A stretch of DNA of 63,338 nucleotides, counting the filler, from Octopus bimaculoides (taxonomy: Eukaryota): the NCBI RefSeq assembly GCF_001194135.2. It is 4 parts of 4 records of this genome, joined end to end, with 100 filler letters (N's around TTAATTAATTAA, not from the genome) between each part and the next. Parts side by side here need not be neighbours in the genome. Positions count along the whole stretch, not along the records: positions 49,405 to 60,163 come from NC_068981.1; positions 60,264 to 63,338 come from NW_026413169.1; 2 more parts are not named here. The stretch is one strand, 5' to 3'. Below the pieces are notes generated by a model. That model was not told the DNA's origin. It did no database searches and saw only the letters and a list, made by a program, of their open reading frames with translations. Position 1 is the stretch's first letter. Every line of letters begins with the position of its first letter. The position numbers and the translations under genes are program-made. Shown here piece by piece: positions 52,216 through 63,338 of this stretch.

Positions 52216-52430
52216 ATCCCTTCCACTTTTGTGCCTGTATAGTTTATCCCGAACAGGTAATGCCCCCTGGTAGCATTGCCAGGCGTGGGATTTCTAGTAG
52301 TTGTCCATGGGCCTCGGCCCGAAAGTCCTCCGGAACAGAATGGTGAGTTGATTATCGTCGACGCCCAGAGTCTTCCCGAGAACGTCATCGCGCTTATTAG
52401 CCACTAACCCTCAAAGAAAGCCAAGGTGGA
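52215..52430 (-). mobile_element. L1/Tx1 ORF2 C-terminal fragment
   Basis: GVDDNQLTILFRRTFGPRPMDNY*KSHAWQCYQGALPVRDKLYRH, the AW...GALP..L motif preceding the L1 zinc knuckle. Confidence 0.7.
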
Positions 52431-53374
52431 NNNNNNNNNNNNNNNNNNNNNNNNNNNNNNNNNNNNNNNNNNNNNNNNNNNNNNNNNNNNNNNNNNNNNN
52501 NNNNNNNNNNNNNNNNNNNNNNNNNNNNNNNNNNNNNNNNNNNNNNNNNNNNNNNNNNNNNNNNNNNNNNNNNNNNNNNNNNNNNNNNNNNNNNNNNNNN
52601 NNNNNNNNNNNNNNNNNNNNNNNNNNNNNNNNNNNNNNNNNNNNNNNNNNNNNNNNNNNNNNNNNNNNNNNNNNNNNNNNNNNNNNNNNNNNNNNNNNNN
52701 NNNNNNNNNNNNNNNNNNNNNNNNNNNNNNNNNNNNNNNNNNNNNNNNNNNNNNNNNNNNNNNNNNNNNNNNNNNNNNNNNNNNNNNNNNNNNNNNNNNN
52801 NNNNNNNNNNNNNNNNNNNNNNNNNNNNNNNNNNNNNNNNNNNNNNNNNNNNNNNNNNNNNNNNNNNNNNNNNNNNNNNNNNNNNNNNNNNNNNNNNNNN
52901 NNNNNNNNNNNNNNNNNNNNNNNNNNNNNNNNNNNNNNNNNNNNNNNNNNNNNNNNNNNNNNNNNNNNNNNNNNNNNNNNNNNNNNNNNNNNNNNNNNNN
53001 NNNNNNNNNNNNNNNNNNNNNNNNNNNNNNNNNNNNNNNNNNNNNNNNNNNNNNNNNNNNNNNNNNNNNNNNNNNNNNNNNNNNNNNNNNNNNNNNNNNN
53101 NNNNNNNNNNNNNNNNNNNNNNNNNNNNNNNNNNNNNNNNNNNNNNNNNNNNNNNNNNNNNNNNNNNNNNNNNNNNNNNNNNNNNNNNNNNNNNNNNNNN
53201 NNNNNNNNNNNNNNNNNNNNNNNNNNNNNNNNNNNNNNNNNNNNNNNNNNNNNNNNNNNNNNNNNNNNNNNNNNNNNNNNNNNNNNNNNNNNNNNNNNNN
53301 NNNNNNNNNNNNNNNNNNNNNNNNNNNNNNNNNNNNNNNNNNNNNNNNNNNNNNNNNNNNNNTTATTTAATAAC

Positions 53375-53590
53375 CCTTTCTACTGGAGTCACAAGGCTTC
53401 AAATTTGTGGGGAGGAGATTAGTCGATTACATTGACCCAAGTGCTTCACTGGTACTTATTTTATCGACCCTGAAAAGATGAAAGGAAAAGTCGACCTCGG
53501 AGGAATTTGAACTCAGAACGTAGCAACGGGTGAAATACCGCTAAGCATTTTGTCCAGCGCGCTAATGATTCTGCCAGCTCGCCGCCTTCA
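53375..53590 (-). mobile_element. SINE family B with the alternative tail
   Basis: TSD TTATTTAATAAC at 53363-53374 and 53593-53604. Confidence 0.9.
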
Positions 53591-53928
53591 TGTTATTTAA
53601 TAACACCTGCTGTATCAAACACCGAAGAAGAGAAATAAAATGGTAGCGTGTGAGTTCCTTCCGTTACGGTTTCAATTCTAGCAATTTCAGTTCATTTATA
53701 TTACCAATACTCTACCGAAAAAAGCATGAACGTCATGTACGAGAAATGTTTTCTACTGACACAGTAATAAATCTGAGGTGTCGGCCTAAGCTAAGATATC
53801 GACATTGTATATGTTTAGTTATATTTTTTACTTTAGTTTTCCCATACATTTCTATGTACGCATATGTATAGTGTGTGCATGAATGTGGAGAGGAGTGTGT
53901 ATGTGTGTGTGTGTGTGTGTGTGTGTAT

Positions 53929-53967
<39 letters not shown>

Positions 53968-53972
53968 CGAGA

Positions 53973-54021
<49 letters not shown>

Positions 54022-54367
54022 AATGTTTTGTGAGAAGGGAGCTTTCTCAGGAGAACCTTTCTATTTTCAGATTTCTGTTTAAATCTTTTGTTTAATAGAT
54101 TTGTGCACCGAATCCAGTAGACGTATACAAGGTGATATTGTTTACAGGTGCCAATATATGCATGCAAGTGTATTATATATGCGTATACGTTTTCCTTTCA
54201 GCTTTATTTAAGTTCTTCGCAGAATTCGAGCTGGTCGCTAATAAAATGACAAATTTTCTCTGAGTCAAGATCATTCTAAGAGTCTTTAAATATGCGATTG
54301 AATTAAAGTGTATATACGTATCTGTATCTGTATGTATGTGTGTATGTGAGTGTGTGTATGTATTTTT

Positions 54368-54520
54368 TTTTTACTTGTTTCAGTCATTTGACTGCGGCCA
54401 TGCTGGAGCACCGCCTTTAGTCGAACAAATCGGCCCCAGAACTTATTCTTTGTAAGCCTAGTACTTATTCTATCGGCATCTTTTGCCTAACCGCTAAGTT
54501 ACGGAGACGTAAACACACTA
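54368..54520 (-). mobile_element. SINE family A 3' portion
   Basis: Consensus match. Confidence 0.88.
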
Positions 54521-54562
54521 TAAGTTGTGCAAAATACATACTTTGTTTGTTAGTCGAAAGAT

Positions 54563-54598
<36 letters not shown>

Positions 54599-55751
54599 NN
54601 NNNNNNNNNNNNNNNNNNNNNNNNNNNNNNNNNNNNNNNNNNNNNNNNNNNNNNNNNNNNNNNNNNNNNNNNNNNNNNNNNNNNNNNNNNNNNNNNNNNN
54701 NNNNNNNNNNNNNNNNNNNNNNNNNNNNNNNNNNNNNNNNNNNNNNNNNNNNNNNNNNNNNNNNNNNNNNNNNNNNNNNNNNNNNNNNNNNNNNNNNNNN
54801 NNNNNNNNNNNNNNNNNNNNNNNNNNNNNNNNNNNNNNNNNNNNNNNNNNNNNNNNNNNNNNNNNNNNNNNNNNNNNNNNNNNNNNNNNNNNNNNNNNNN
54901 NNNNNNNNNNNNNNNNNNNNNNNNNNNNNNNNNNNNNNNNNNNNNNNNNNNNNNNNNNNNNNNNNNNNNNNNNNNNNNNNNNNNNNNNNNNNNNNNNNNN
55001 NNNNNNNNNNNNNNNNNNNNNNNNNNNNNNNNNNNNNNNNNNNNNNNNNNNNNNNNNNNNNNNNNNNNNNNNNNNNNNNNNNNNNNNNNNNNNNNNNNNN
55101 NNNNNNNNNNNNNNNNNNNNNNNNNNNNNNNNNNNNNNNNNNNNNNNNNNNNNNNNNNNNNNNNNNNATAAAATAACCCTTTTTCAACCTATCGTGCTTC
55201 GATAAAGGAAAAATTCACAACCGTCTGCGCCAATAAACCCCTATTGTTCTTGAAAGTTGCTTCTTCTACGGACTGTTTGAACCTAACTAACATTCTACAC
55301 CTTAATCCTTGGATCTTACCTTTATATACACATACACACCACAGAGGCATGCATGTAAAGATGCATTAATGTGTGTGTGTGTGGCTATATGTCTGTGTAT
55401 GTGTGTGTATGTACGTATGTGTACACTCTCACGTGTGCGTGTTTTTATACCCAAGTGTTACAGAAATTTTGTCTATCTTGCTATTATAATTTCGGTGTAT
55501 ATCGTTGTAGTTCTTGTTGTTATTGTATTTTTTATTGTGGTTATTATTCTAATAGCGCTTTGTACTATTGAGATGTCAGTTATGATCATTATTGTTATAA
55601 TTGTCAATATTGTGGTTGTTATTATTGTAGGCGCTATTATGACTGCTGTTGATGTTGTAGGTGTTATTTGTGTTTGTTGTGGAGGCTGTTGATATTAAAT
55701 GTTATAAATGAAATAAAAATATTGACCGAAAAGTTTTGATAGCAAGTGGCG

Positions 55752-55782
<31 letters not shown>

Positions 55783-55964
55783 AAGAAAAAGAGAGAGAGT
55801 GTGAGAAAGAGAGAGAGGACGTATGAGAATTGAGAAGAGGCGAGAAGTACGAATGGGTGTTGCTTAGTACATTGGGGTATTTGTTGTTATAAACCCCTCT
55901 TTTCTTTCTCACCGTAGTCTTAAAGGGCTTATGGAAAATGGACGGAAATAAAGGGACCGATTGC

Positions 55965-56020
<56 letters not shown>

Positions 56021-56315
56021 CGCGCACGTGTGTATATGTGTGTTTACATATGCATATATATATATTTGAGTACGTGTGTTTGTTCTTTGGTTAATGTGTA
56101 TGTGCTTTTGTATATATAACTGCGCGTGTATCTGCAAATATAAGTCGAGAAGAAGTTCAGAATACGCACTTTGCTTTGTCACAACAGAACTTACTCTCCA
56201 ATCACAGCCAATGGATGAAACAAGCCTCATTTGTGAAAACCTAGACTCATGCGTGCTCGCTCACACACATTCACACACTCACCCACATACACATGTACAC
56301 ATGCACACTCTCACA

Positions 56316-56352
<37 letters not shown>

Positions 56353-56529
56353 TTTCTCTCTCTCACACAAATACATATTTGCATTATGCATGCGTACTTA
56401 TATACACGTTTGTATGCTTATATACATACATGCATACATACATGCATGCATACATACATACATACATACATACATACATACATACATACATACATACATA
56501 ACGCATACATAACACATACATGCACACAC

Positions 56530-57039
56530 AGATAAAAAATAAAGAAAATATCTATGCCGAAGCAATGAGAAGTAAGCAGATTACTCAAAATATAGATTTA
56601 GGTTTATACCTGTAATTATTGGGCATACCTGTAATTATTGGGCACATGATTACGTAACAAATTGATTCAATATCATTCTTGAAAATATTGGCTTCCTAAA
56701 ATCACAATGCTAATGCGAATATTTTTTCGAAAATCAAAGAGAAAGAAGATAACTATGATCAAGTACTTCGAAACCTTCAATTTCTATACCCGGATTTTAA
56801 ATTCATAGTTTTAGTTATAATAATTGGTGTATTTGGTGCTGTGAGCGAAAACCTAAGTAGCAGTCTGGAAAAGTTAGGTTTTTCATAAAAAGAAATCAAC
56901 CAGCAAACACGTACATATAATCTGTAAGCAGAACAGTAAAAATATGCCAGACTGTTGAGCGTTGTATCTTTATTAGAAACAAGCTCCTTCCTTATAGGAA
57001 GACTTCAAATTGAGAAAAAAGAAAGAGAGAACAAAACAT
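56530..57039 (+). mobile_element. Two tandem R4/Dong-like LINE 3' fragments following (ACAT)n
   Basis: KENIYAE..(frameshift)..IPVIIG, then KIKEKEDNYDQVLRNLQFLYPDFKF..IIIGVFGAVSENLSSSLEKLGFS; 3' UTR similar to 2300-2378. Confidence 0.7.
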
Positions 57040-57446
57040 AGGCGCAGGAGTGGCTGTGTGGTAAGTAGCTTGATTACCAGCTACATGGTTCCGGGTTCAG
57101 TCCCACTGCGTGGCACCTTGGGCAAGTGTCTTCTACTATAGCCTCGGGCCGATTAAAGCCTTGTGAGTGGATTTGGTAGACGGACACTGAAAGAAGCCCG
57201 TCGTATATATGTATATGTATATATATATGTGTGTGTTTGTGTTTGTCTCCCCAACATCGTTTGACAACCGATGGTGGTGTGTTTACGTCTCCGTAACTTA
57301 GCGGTTCGGCAAAAAGAGACCGATAGAATAAGTACTAAGGCTTCCAAAGAATAAGTCCTGGAGTTGATTCGCTCGACTAAAGGCGGTGCCCCTGCATGGC
57401 CGCAGTCAAATGACTGAAACAAGTAAAAGAGTAAAAGAGTAAAGAG
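57040..57446 (+). mobile_element. SINE family A (tRNA head plus CORE-like domain), full-length reference copy
   Basis: A box TGGCTGTGTGGTAAG, B box GGTTCAGTCCC, central GGCACCTTGGGCAAGTGTCTTCTACTATAGCC, internal (AT)/(GT), (GTAAAAGA)n tail. Resembles the described octopus OR-type CORE-SINEs (recalled, not searched). Confidence 0.92.
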
Positions 57447-58354
57447 TATACGTATGTATGTATGTATGCATGTATGTATGTATGTATGTATGTATGTAAT
57501 GCATATACATATGAGTTTGTGTGCGTATATTTATAAAACACACGCTTACGCTTAAACACGTAGACATATACTTGGATTCTAACTAAAAACTTAGATACAC
57601 AGATACCCTCAAAAACAAAGAAAGGAAAAGGAAGCGAAAAGAGAAAAAAAGAAAAGAAGACAATCTGTAAAATGCCTTGAAAGAGGCACAATAATCGCCA
57701 ATAATGCTGAGCTTTGCTGACTTCGGTATGTAGTACATTGGTATGTAGGGTAAAATATGGAATTCGAGGAAACTAGTGTTGGCTTGCGTCGGCATGTATC
57801 CCGTGTAGATGAAGGGCCTTTATCGGCATCAAGTGGATCTCGTATCACCAAGGGAATGTAGACTGTGAAAAATTACACCTGATTGCATCTAATTCAAACA
57901 TCATTTGATGCACGGAATCTGAATCGGCTATATTTTTATCAATAGGCATGTCTGTCTGTCCTTTTTGTCTGTCTGCCTGTTTCGCCTGTCTGTGTGTATG
58001 TATGCATATGTACAAGTGTGTGTGTGTGTGTATGTGCGTATGTGTGTGTAAGCACACAGGTGTATGTATATCTGTATATGAACAAATGTTTTTTCTCCCT
58101 TTATCCCATCCCCGCCTCTCTGTTCCTTTCTCTCCCTTTCAGGTGTATTATGTCAGTATCGAATTATGTATTTCAATATTTAAATATGTATGAAGCGATG
58201 TGTGAGATGAAATATGCAGGTGAGCGTGGCCGCTATCAGCTCCACTCCCCCCACCCTCCACCATCGCCTACTTGTGATGATAATGATAACGCTGATGATG
58301 ATAGTGGAAGTAGTGGTGGTGATCATACTGTTGTTGATGATGATGATAAATTTT

Positions 58355-58570
58355 GGCTCAAGGCCACACATTTTGGAGGGCGGGTGTAGTCGATTTAATC
58401 CACTCCAGTAATTGACTGATACTTAATTATTTTATCGATACTTGAAAAGATGAAAGGCAATGCCGATCTGTGCCGGAATTGAACTCCGAGCGTAAAAGAA
58501 CATAACTAAATGCTTGTGAGGCATTTTATAGTTCGGCACATTATCGTATCTCCCACACAGCTGCCTTAGA
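58355..58570 (-). mobile_element. SINE family B, diverged
   Basis: Motif order conserved. Confidence 0.75.
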
Positions 58571-58571
58571 T

Positions 58572-58624
<53 letters not shown>

Positions 58625-58780
58625 TTACTACTACAACAACAAATTCTACTACTACTACTACTAAATAATAATACTTTCTTTATTGGCCATATGGACCCAT
58701 ACATTCAATATACAACCTATCCGTATAAAACGGATTACAAAACATATTGGCATGCTCATATATGCACACATGCATGCGTT

Positions 58781-59013
58781 CATACATACAGACAGACAGA
58801 CAGACAGCAAAATAGACAGTTGTATCGAAAGTTCTGTCCTTTGCTTAGCATTTATTTAAAAATACAATCATAATACATACATACATACATACATACATGT
58901 ATGCGTACATACATACATACATACATACAGACAGACAGACAGCAAAACAGATAGACAGTTGTGTCGAAAGTTCTGTCCTTTGCTTAGCATTTATTTAAAA
59001 ATACAATCATAAT
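58781..59013. repeat. Local tandem duplication (about 139-bp period) with breakpoints in (ACAT)n
   Basis: 58781-58874 and 58920-59013 are nearly identical. Confidence 0.9.
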
Positions 59014-59029
59014 GTCTAACATTGGTTTC

Positions 59030-59227
59030 AAATGTTTGCACAATTTCAGGGGAGTGGTTAAGTCGATTACATCGACTCTAGTACTCAACTAGTACTTATT
59101 TTATCGATCCCGGAAGGATGAAAGGTAAAGTCGACCTTGGCGGAATTTGAACTCGGAACCTAAAGACGGACGAAATGCCGCTAAGCATTTTGCCTAGCAT
59201 GCTCACGATTCTGCCAGCTCGCCGCTT
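59030..59227 (-). mobile_element. SINE family B with the alternative tail
   Basis: Consensus match. Confidence 0.88.
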
Positions 59228-60044
59228 TACTACGGCGTGTAATATTGCTGTAAATAATCAACTTTTCATCTTCATTCAAGATCCTGTTTTAAAATTATGT
59301 CTCAAGCTACTGCTATCTAGCACCTTCGGATGATCTCTACTCAACCGCTACACAACTGCTACTCGACTGCTTCTCAACACCTACTCAACACACTACCACG
59401 GCCAGACTACCTCTATTTATATGTCTTGGGAGATCCTACTTCTTCGCCTGGGGGCATCGACACAACAAAAAATGGTGCTTGGAGGTCAAATACATTGGGC
59501 AATTCACAGATATGAAGTCTTTGTTGACGATTTGCTGTCGAAAGAGCATAAAGAACCCATTTCCCCGACTATGAAACATTTTTAGCTTCTTCAAATGATT
59601 ATGAATGAGCAAAGTGCTAGCATTAAACGCAATGGGAAGCTTTCTCACAGTCGGATTTCTTGCGAGCGATATCTCTATCATTTTGTCACCCAATTCGGAA
59701 AGCTGTTTTGCACTAGATTCATCAAGTAAATTGAAATTGTCATGTCTGAATTTTTTTTGTTTTTCATTCACTGCATCTTGACCAAGAAACCTATTGCAAG
59801 GTTTTGGCTTCTTCACTTATATTAGAATCTCTGTAAAACGCATAAAGCATAATCTGATGAATGCGCTCTTTGATTGGTTCTACGATGAGTTCTTCATATA
59901 AAAAATTAATATACTAAAATATAGTTGCTACTCTATGAGAACTTATGCATCAGTGAATACCACTAATATTTATAGTTTTTACAAAAAACAGGTTTCAACA
60001 GGTTTAAACTTGTAATCGAACAGAACATTCTGTAAAACCCAACG
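59228..60044 (-). mobile_element. Mariner transposon 5' half, interrupted by an LTR-like repeat
   Basis: IMLYAF...GQDAVNE..KFRHDNFNLLDE..S...RNPTVRKL...TLLIHNHLKKL; PFLK | RILNEDEKLIIY (cf. PFL.RI.TGDEKW); TIR-like start TACGTTGGG. Confidence 0.85.
59295..59467 (-). mobile_element. Solo-LTR/TRIM-like repeat, short allele
   Basis: Homologous to 12950-13335 but with only about 3 minisatellite units; AAAA on both flanks (59291-59294, 59468-59471) as a probable TSD. Confidence 0.72.
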
Positions 60045-60113
60045 TAGAATTATACGCGCATACATAGATATACATACATACACACACACACAAATACACA
60101 CACACACACACAA

Positions 60114-60163
<50 letters not shown>

Positions 60164-60263
60164 NNNNNNNNNNNNNNNNNNNNNNNNNNNNNNNNNNNNN
60201 NNNNNNNTTAATTAATTAANNNNNNNNNNNNNNNNNNNNNNNNNNNNNNNNNNNNNNNNNNNN
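60164..60263. other. Artificial scaffold linker 44N-TTAATTAATTAA-44N
   Basis: Identical to the other two linkers. Confidence 0.95.
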
Positions 60264-60652
60264 CATGTGGTGAGAATGGATGAGGATAGCTGTGTGAGAA
60301 AGTGCCACACCCTTGCGGTTGAGGGAACCTGTGGAAGAGGTAGACGCAGGAAGACTATTGACTGAGACCTTTGGAAATATGCTGTGCGTGAGAAGACCCA
60401 GCAAGCCAAGTGAGACAATAATCCATGACCTTTGCTAGGGGTGTAGCCAGCCCACTTATGTGTACCTTTCCTTCATTGGACACTAAACTCTGCTTGTGAA
60501 GACCTGTTGAGGCAAGTGAAATCGAAATCAAACCAAATTCGATGACTGGCACCTGTGCCAGTGGAGCGCTAACAGCACCGTCCAAGCGTGATCATTGCCA
60601 GAGCTGCTGACTGGCTTCCATACCGGCGGCACGTAAATCGCACCATTTGAAC
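60264..60652 (+). mobile_element. RTE LINE ORF2 end plus 3' UTR
   Basis: HVVRMDEDSCVRKCHTLAVEGTCGRGRRRKT (cf. GHV.RM...G.R.RGRP..TW). Confidence 0.85.
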
Positions 60653-61630
60653 NNNNNNNNNNNNNNNNNNNNNNNNNNNNNNNNNNNNNNNNNNNNNNNN
60701 NNNNNNNNNNNNNNNNNNNNNNNNNNNNNNNNNNNNNNNNNNNNNNNNNNNNNNNNNNNNNNNNNNNNNNNNNNNNNNNNNNNNNNNNNNNNNNNNNNNN
60801 NNNNNNNNNNNNNNNNNNNNNNNNNNNNNNNNNNNNNNNNNNNNNNNNNNNNNNNNNNNNNNNNNNNNNNNNNNNNNNNNNNNNNNNNNNNNNNNNNNNN
60901 NNNNNNNNNNNNNNNNNNNNNNNNNNNNNNNNNNNNNNNNNNNNNNNNNNNNNNNNNNNNNNNNNNNNNNNNNNNNNNNNNNNNNNNNNNNNNNNNNNNN
61001 NNNNNNNNNNNNNNNNNNNNNNNNNNNNNNNNNNNNNNNNNNNNNNNNNNNNNNNNNNNNNNNNNNNNNNNNNNNNNNNNNNNNNNNNNNNNNNNNNNNN
61101 NNNNNNNNNNNNNNNNNNNNNNNNNNNNNNNNNNNNNNNNNNNNNNNNNNNNNNNNNNNNNNNNNNNNNNNNNNNNNNNNNNNNNNNNNNNNNNNNNNNN
61201 NNNNNNNNNNNNNNNNNNNNNNNNNNNNNNNNNNNNNNNNNNNNNNNNNNNNNNNNNNNNNNNNNNNNNNNNNNNNNNNNNNNNNNNNNNNNNNNNNNNN
61301 NNNNNNNNNNNNNNNNNNNNNNNNNNNNNNNNNNNNNNNNNNNNNNNNNNNNNNNNNNNNNNNNNNNNNNNNNNNNNNNNNNNNNNNNNNNNNNNNNNNN
61401 NNNNNNNNNNNNNNNNNNNNNNNNNNNNNNNNNNNNNNNNNNNNNNNNNNNNNNNNNNNNNNNNNNNNNNNNNNNNNNNNNNNNNNNNNNNNNNNNNNNN
61501 NNNNNNNNNNNNNNNNNNNNNNNNNNNNNNNNNNNNNNNNNNNNNNNNNNNNNNNNNNNNNNNNNNNNNNNNNNNNNNNNNNNNNNNNNNNNNNNNNNNN
61601 TATATATATATATATATATATATATTTTTC

Positions 61631-62931
61631 TTTTCATTTTCAAAAAATTTGATATCATTTGAGATGTAATATCAAAGAAACCACATAGTCAAAGTGAATG
61701 AAACTAAACAGGTTTAATGTTGAGCAACATAAGATTTATTCCGCCAAATTTGAATGAGAAACTCAAAAGTATGTGGATTCCATAAAGGATTTCACAAATG
61801 TTCAATATGTGCACCGCCTAAGACACAGCATACGTCAAGCTCCACCCAAACATGCTGCAGCATGTCTTGGGTAACAATCTCCAGTGCGGTAGTGATTCTC
61901 AGCAGGAAGAGCGGGGACATAGACCAGGCCTTTCACATAGCCCCAGAGAAAAAAATCTCAAGGTGTCAGGTCAGGTAAACGTGGCGGCCATTTCAACAGC
62001 ACATTGTCTTCATCACCAACACACCCGACCCATCTCCCTCACAAATTGTCACTGAGATAAGCCTGCACAGTGAGGTTCCAGTGAGATGGAGCTCTATCCT
62101 GTTGAAAAATGAAGTCTTCATTTCCATTTGCAATGAGTTCATCCATTAGCTAGTTCTGAAGCATTTGCATGGTCACATTTCCCTCAAAGAAAAATGTGCC
62201 ATGAAGATGCTTCTTGGAGATGGTGCAGAACACGTCCACTTTTGGTGAGTCCTTCTCATGCTCAACTATGACACGGGGATTTTCTTTGCCCCATATGTGA
62301 ACTTTATGCTTATTGATCTTGCCATTCGTATGAAATGCGGCCTCATTAAACTCGGCTTCTTCAAGTTTCTCTTGCATTTCAACACAAAATTGTTTGCGCT
62401 TTCACTTGTCATCTGCCATTATGGCCTGAATGAGCTGCAGCTTGTAGGGTTTCATTAGCAAGCGTTTCCTCAGCATGTGCCAATCTGTTGTTGGAGGAAT
62501 CTGGGTTTCCAGACTTGTTCTTCTTATGGACTTCTTGGGGCTACGCAAGAGCTTTTGGCAAAGCCACTCAACCATCTTTTCCAATGTTAGTGGTCGTCCA
62601 GATCTTTTTGTCCTGCACAGACAGCCTTCCTCTTTGAATTTTTTGTGCCATGTCCAAATCTGCATTGCTGTTGGTGACTTTTTGGAAAACTCTCTCACAA
62701 ATGCACACTGCACAGTCTTGCTCGACTGCGTTCAAACATACTTCAACACACAAAATGCCTTTTCTCTTCCAGTGAATGCCATTTCTATACCTGAAAAGAT
62801 AAACATATCTATCATTAAACATAAAATTTTGACCTGTTTCTACATATACTGTTAAAATTTGAAGTCATTTGAACAAGAACTGACATAGTTATTAGATTGT
62901 GAAATGATATCAAATTTTTTGAAACACCCTG
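61631..62931 (-). mobile_element. Near full-length rosa/DD41D-like Tc1/mariner transposon, decayed; D46D spacing
   Basis: TIR core TTCAAAAAATTTGATATCATTT at 61639-61660 and in 62902-62931, then TA. Pseudo-CDS 62782-61792 with MAFTGREKAFCVL, HIWGKENP and FQQDRAPSHW...WPPRLPDLTP*DFFLWGYVK. Confidence 0.9.
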
Positions 62932-63338
62932 TATATACACAGGCACATGTCTCATGTAAAACATACACATATTTACATGTGGATGTGTTTATATACAGGA
63001 GTCCAAGTTTTATAAATTATTTTCCAGTGGCACAGAAAATTCAGCAAAGTAATCACAGGGACCCTTTCATTTGGTTTCTAAATGTCTGAATAATAATTCA
63101 GATATATCACACAAACATGTAATTTGGTTGCTTTTAATTCATGCCCTCTTCAGTTGGTCATCTCAGACTGTTTTTTTTTTTGATATCCATTGAAGTTTTG
63201 AACATGATTTCTTATCCTTCTCAGGCATGGTCCCAGGAATTTTTTGAAGAAAGGGCACAAGGCAAGAAGGGAGTACAATTCCAGGAGAAAAGGGTGTAAT
63301 AACATTATTTAGAAAGGCACATTTCTTTGACGGGGGTA

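Noticed and set aside
56198-56214. Tandem CCAAT boxes
   Set aside because: Short motifs with no identifiable TSS or gene.
57040-57120. tRNA-like sequences (also the heads of families B, C and D)
   Set aside because: They are SINE heads continuous with SINE bodies, with no complete cloverleaf.
63221-63338. Acceptor followed by a short open frame at the window end
   Set aside because: The frame closes at 25 codons, and the sequence resembles a MITE terminus.

Overview
Eukaryotic, AT-rich, gap-ridden non-coding DNA, most likely octopus (inference from the tRNA-derived SINE families and the extreme (ACAT)n/(CA)n/(AT)n microsatellite load). No intact protein-coding gene, rRNA, tRNA gene or CRISPR array can be supported. 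Almost all ORFs in the track are microsatellite read-throughs, N-gap artefacts or pieces of decayed transposons. The window holds four recurring tRNA-headed SINE families (my labels A-D) and decayed LINEs: RTE, L1/Tx1, and R4/Dong-like copies tied to (ACAT)n. It also holds decayed DNA transposons: Tc1, two mariners, Tigger/pogo, a rosa-like element with D46D spacing, a near full-length Chapaev3 relic and several MITEs. A short TG...CA solo-LTR-like repeat carries an expandable minisatellite. Three identical 44N-TTAATTAATTAA-44N linkers show the window is four artificially joined pieces. The most interesting signals are structurally complete minimal hammerhead ribozymes inside Penelope-type inverted repeats (9156-9445, 48903-49232), LINE 3' ends that sit in and end in (ACAT)n, and a hairpin that appears to overwrite an L1 RT active site. 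A weak chain of phase-compatible plus-strand micro-exon candidates straddles the linkers. All family assignments come from manual translation and recalled motifs, not database searches.
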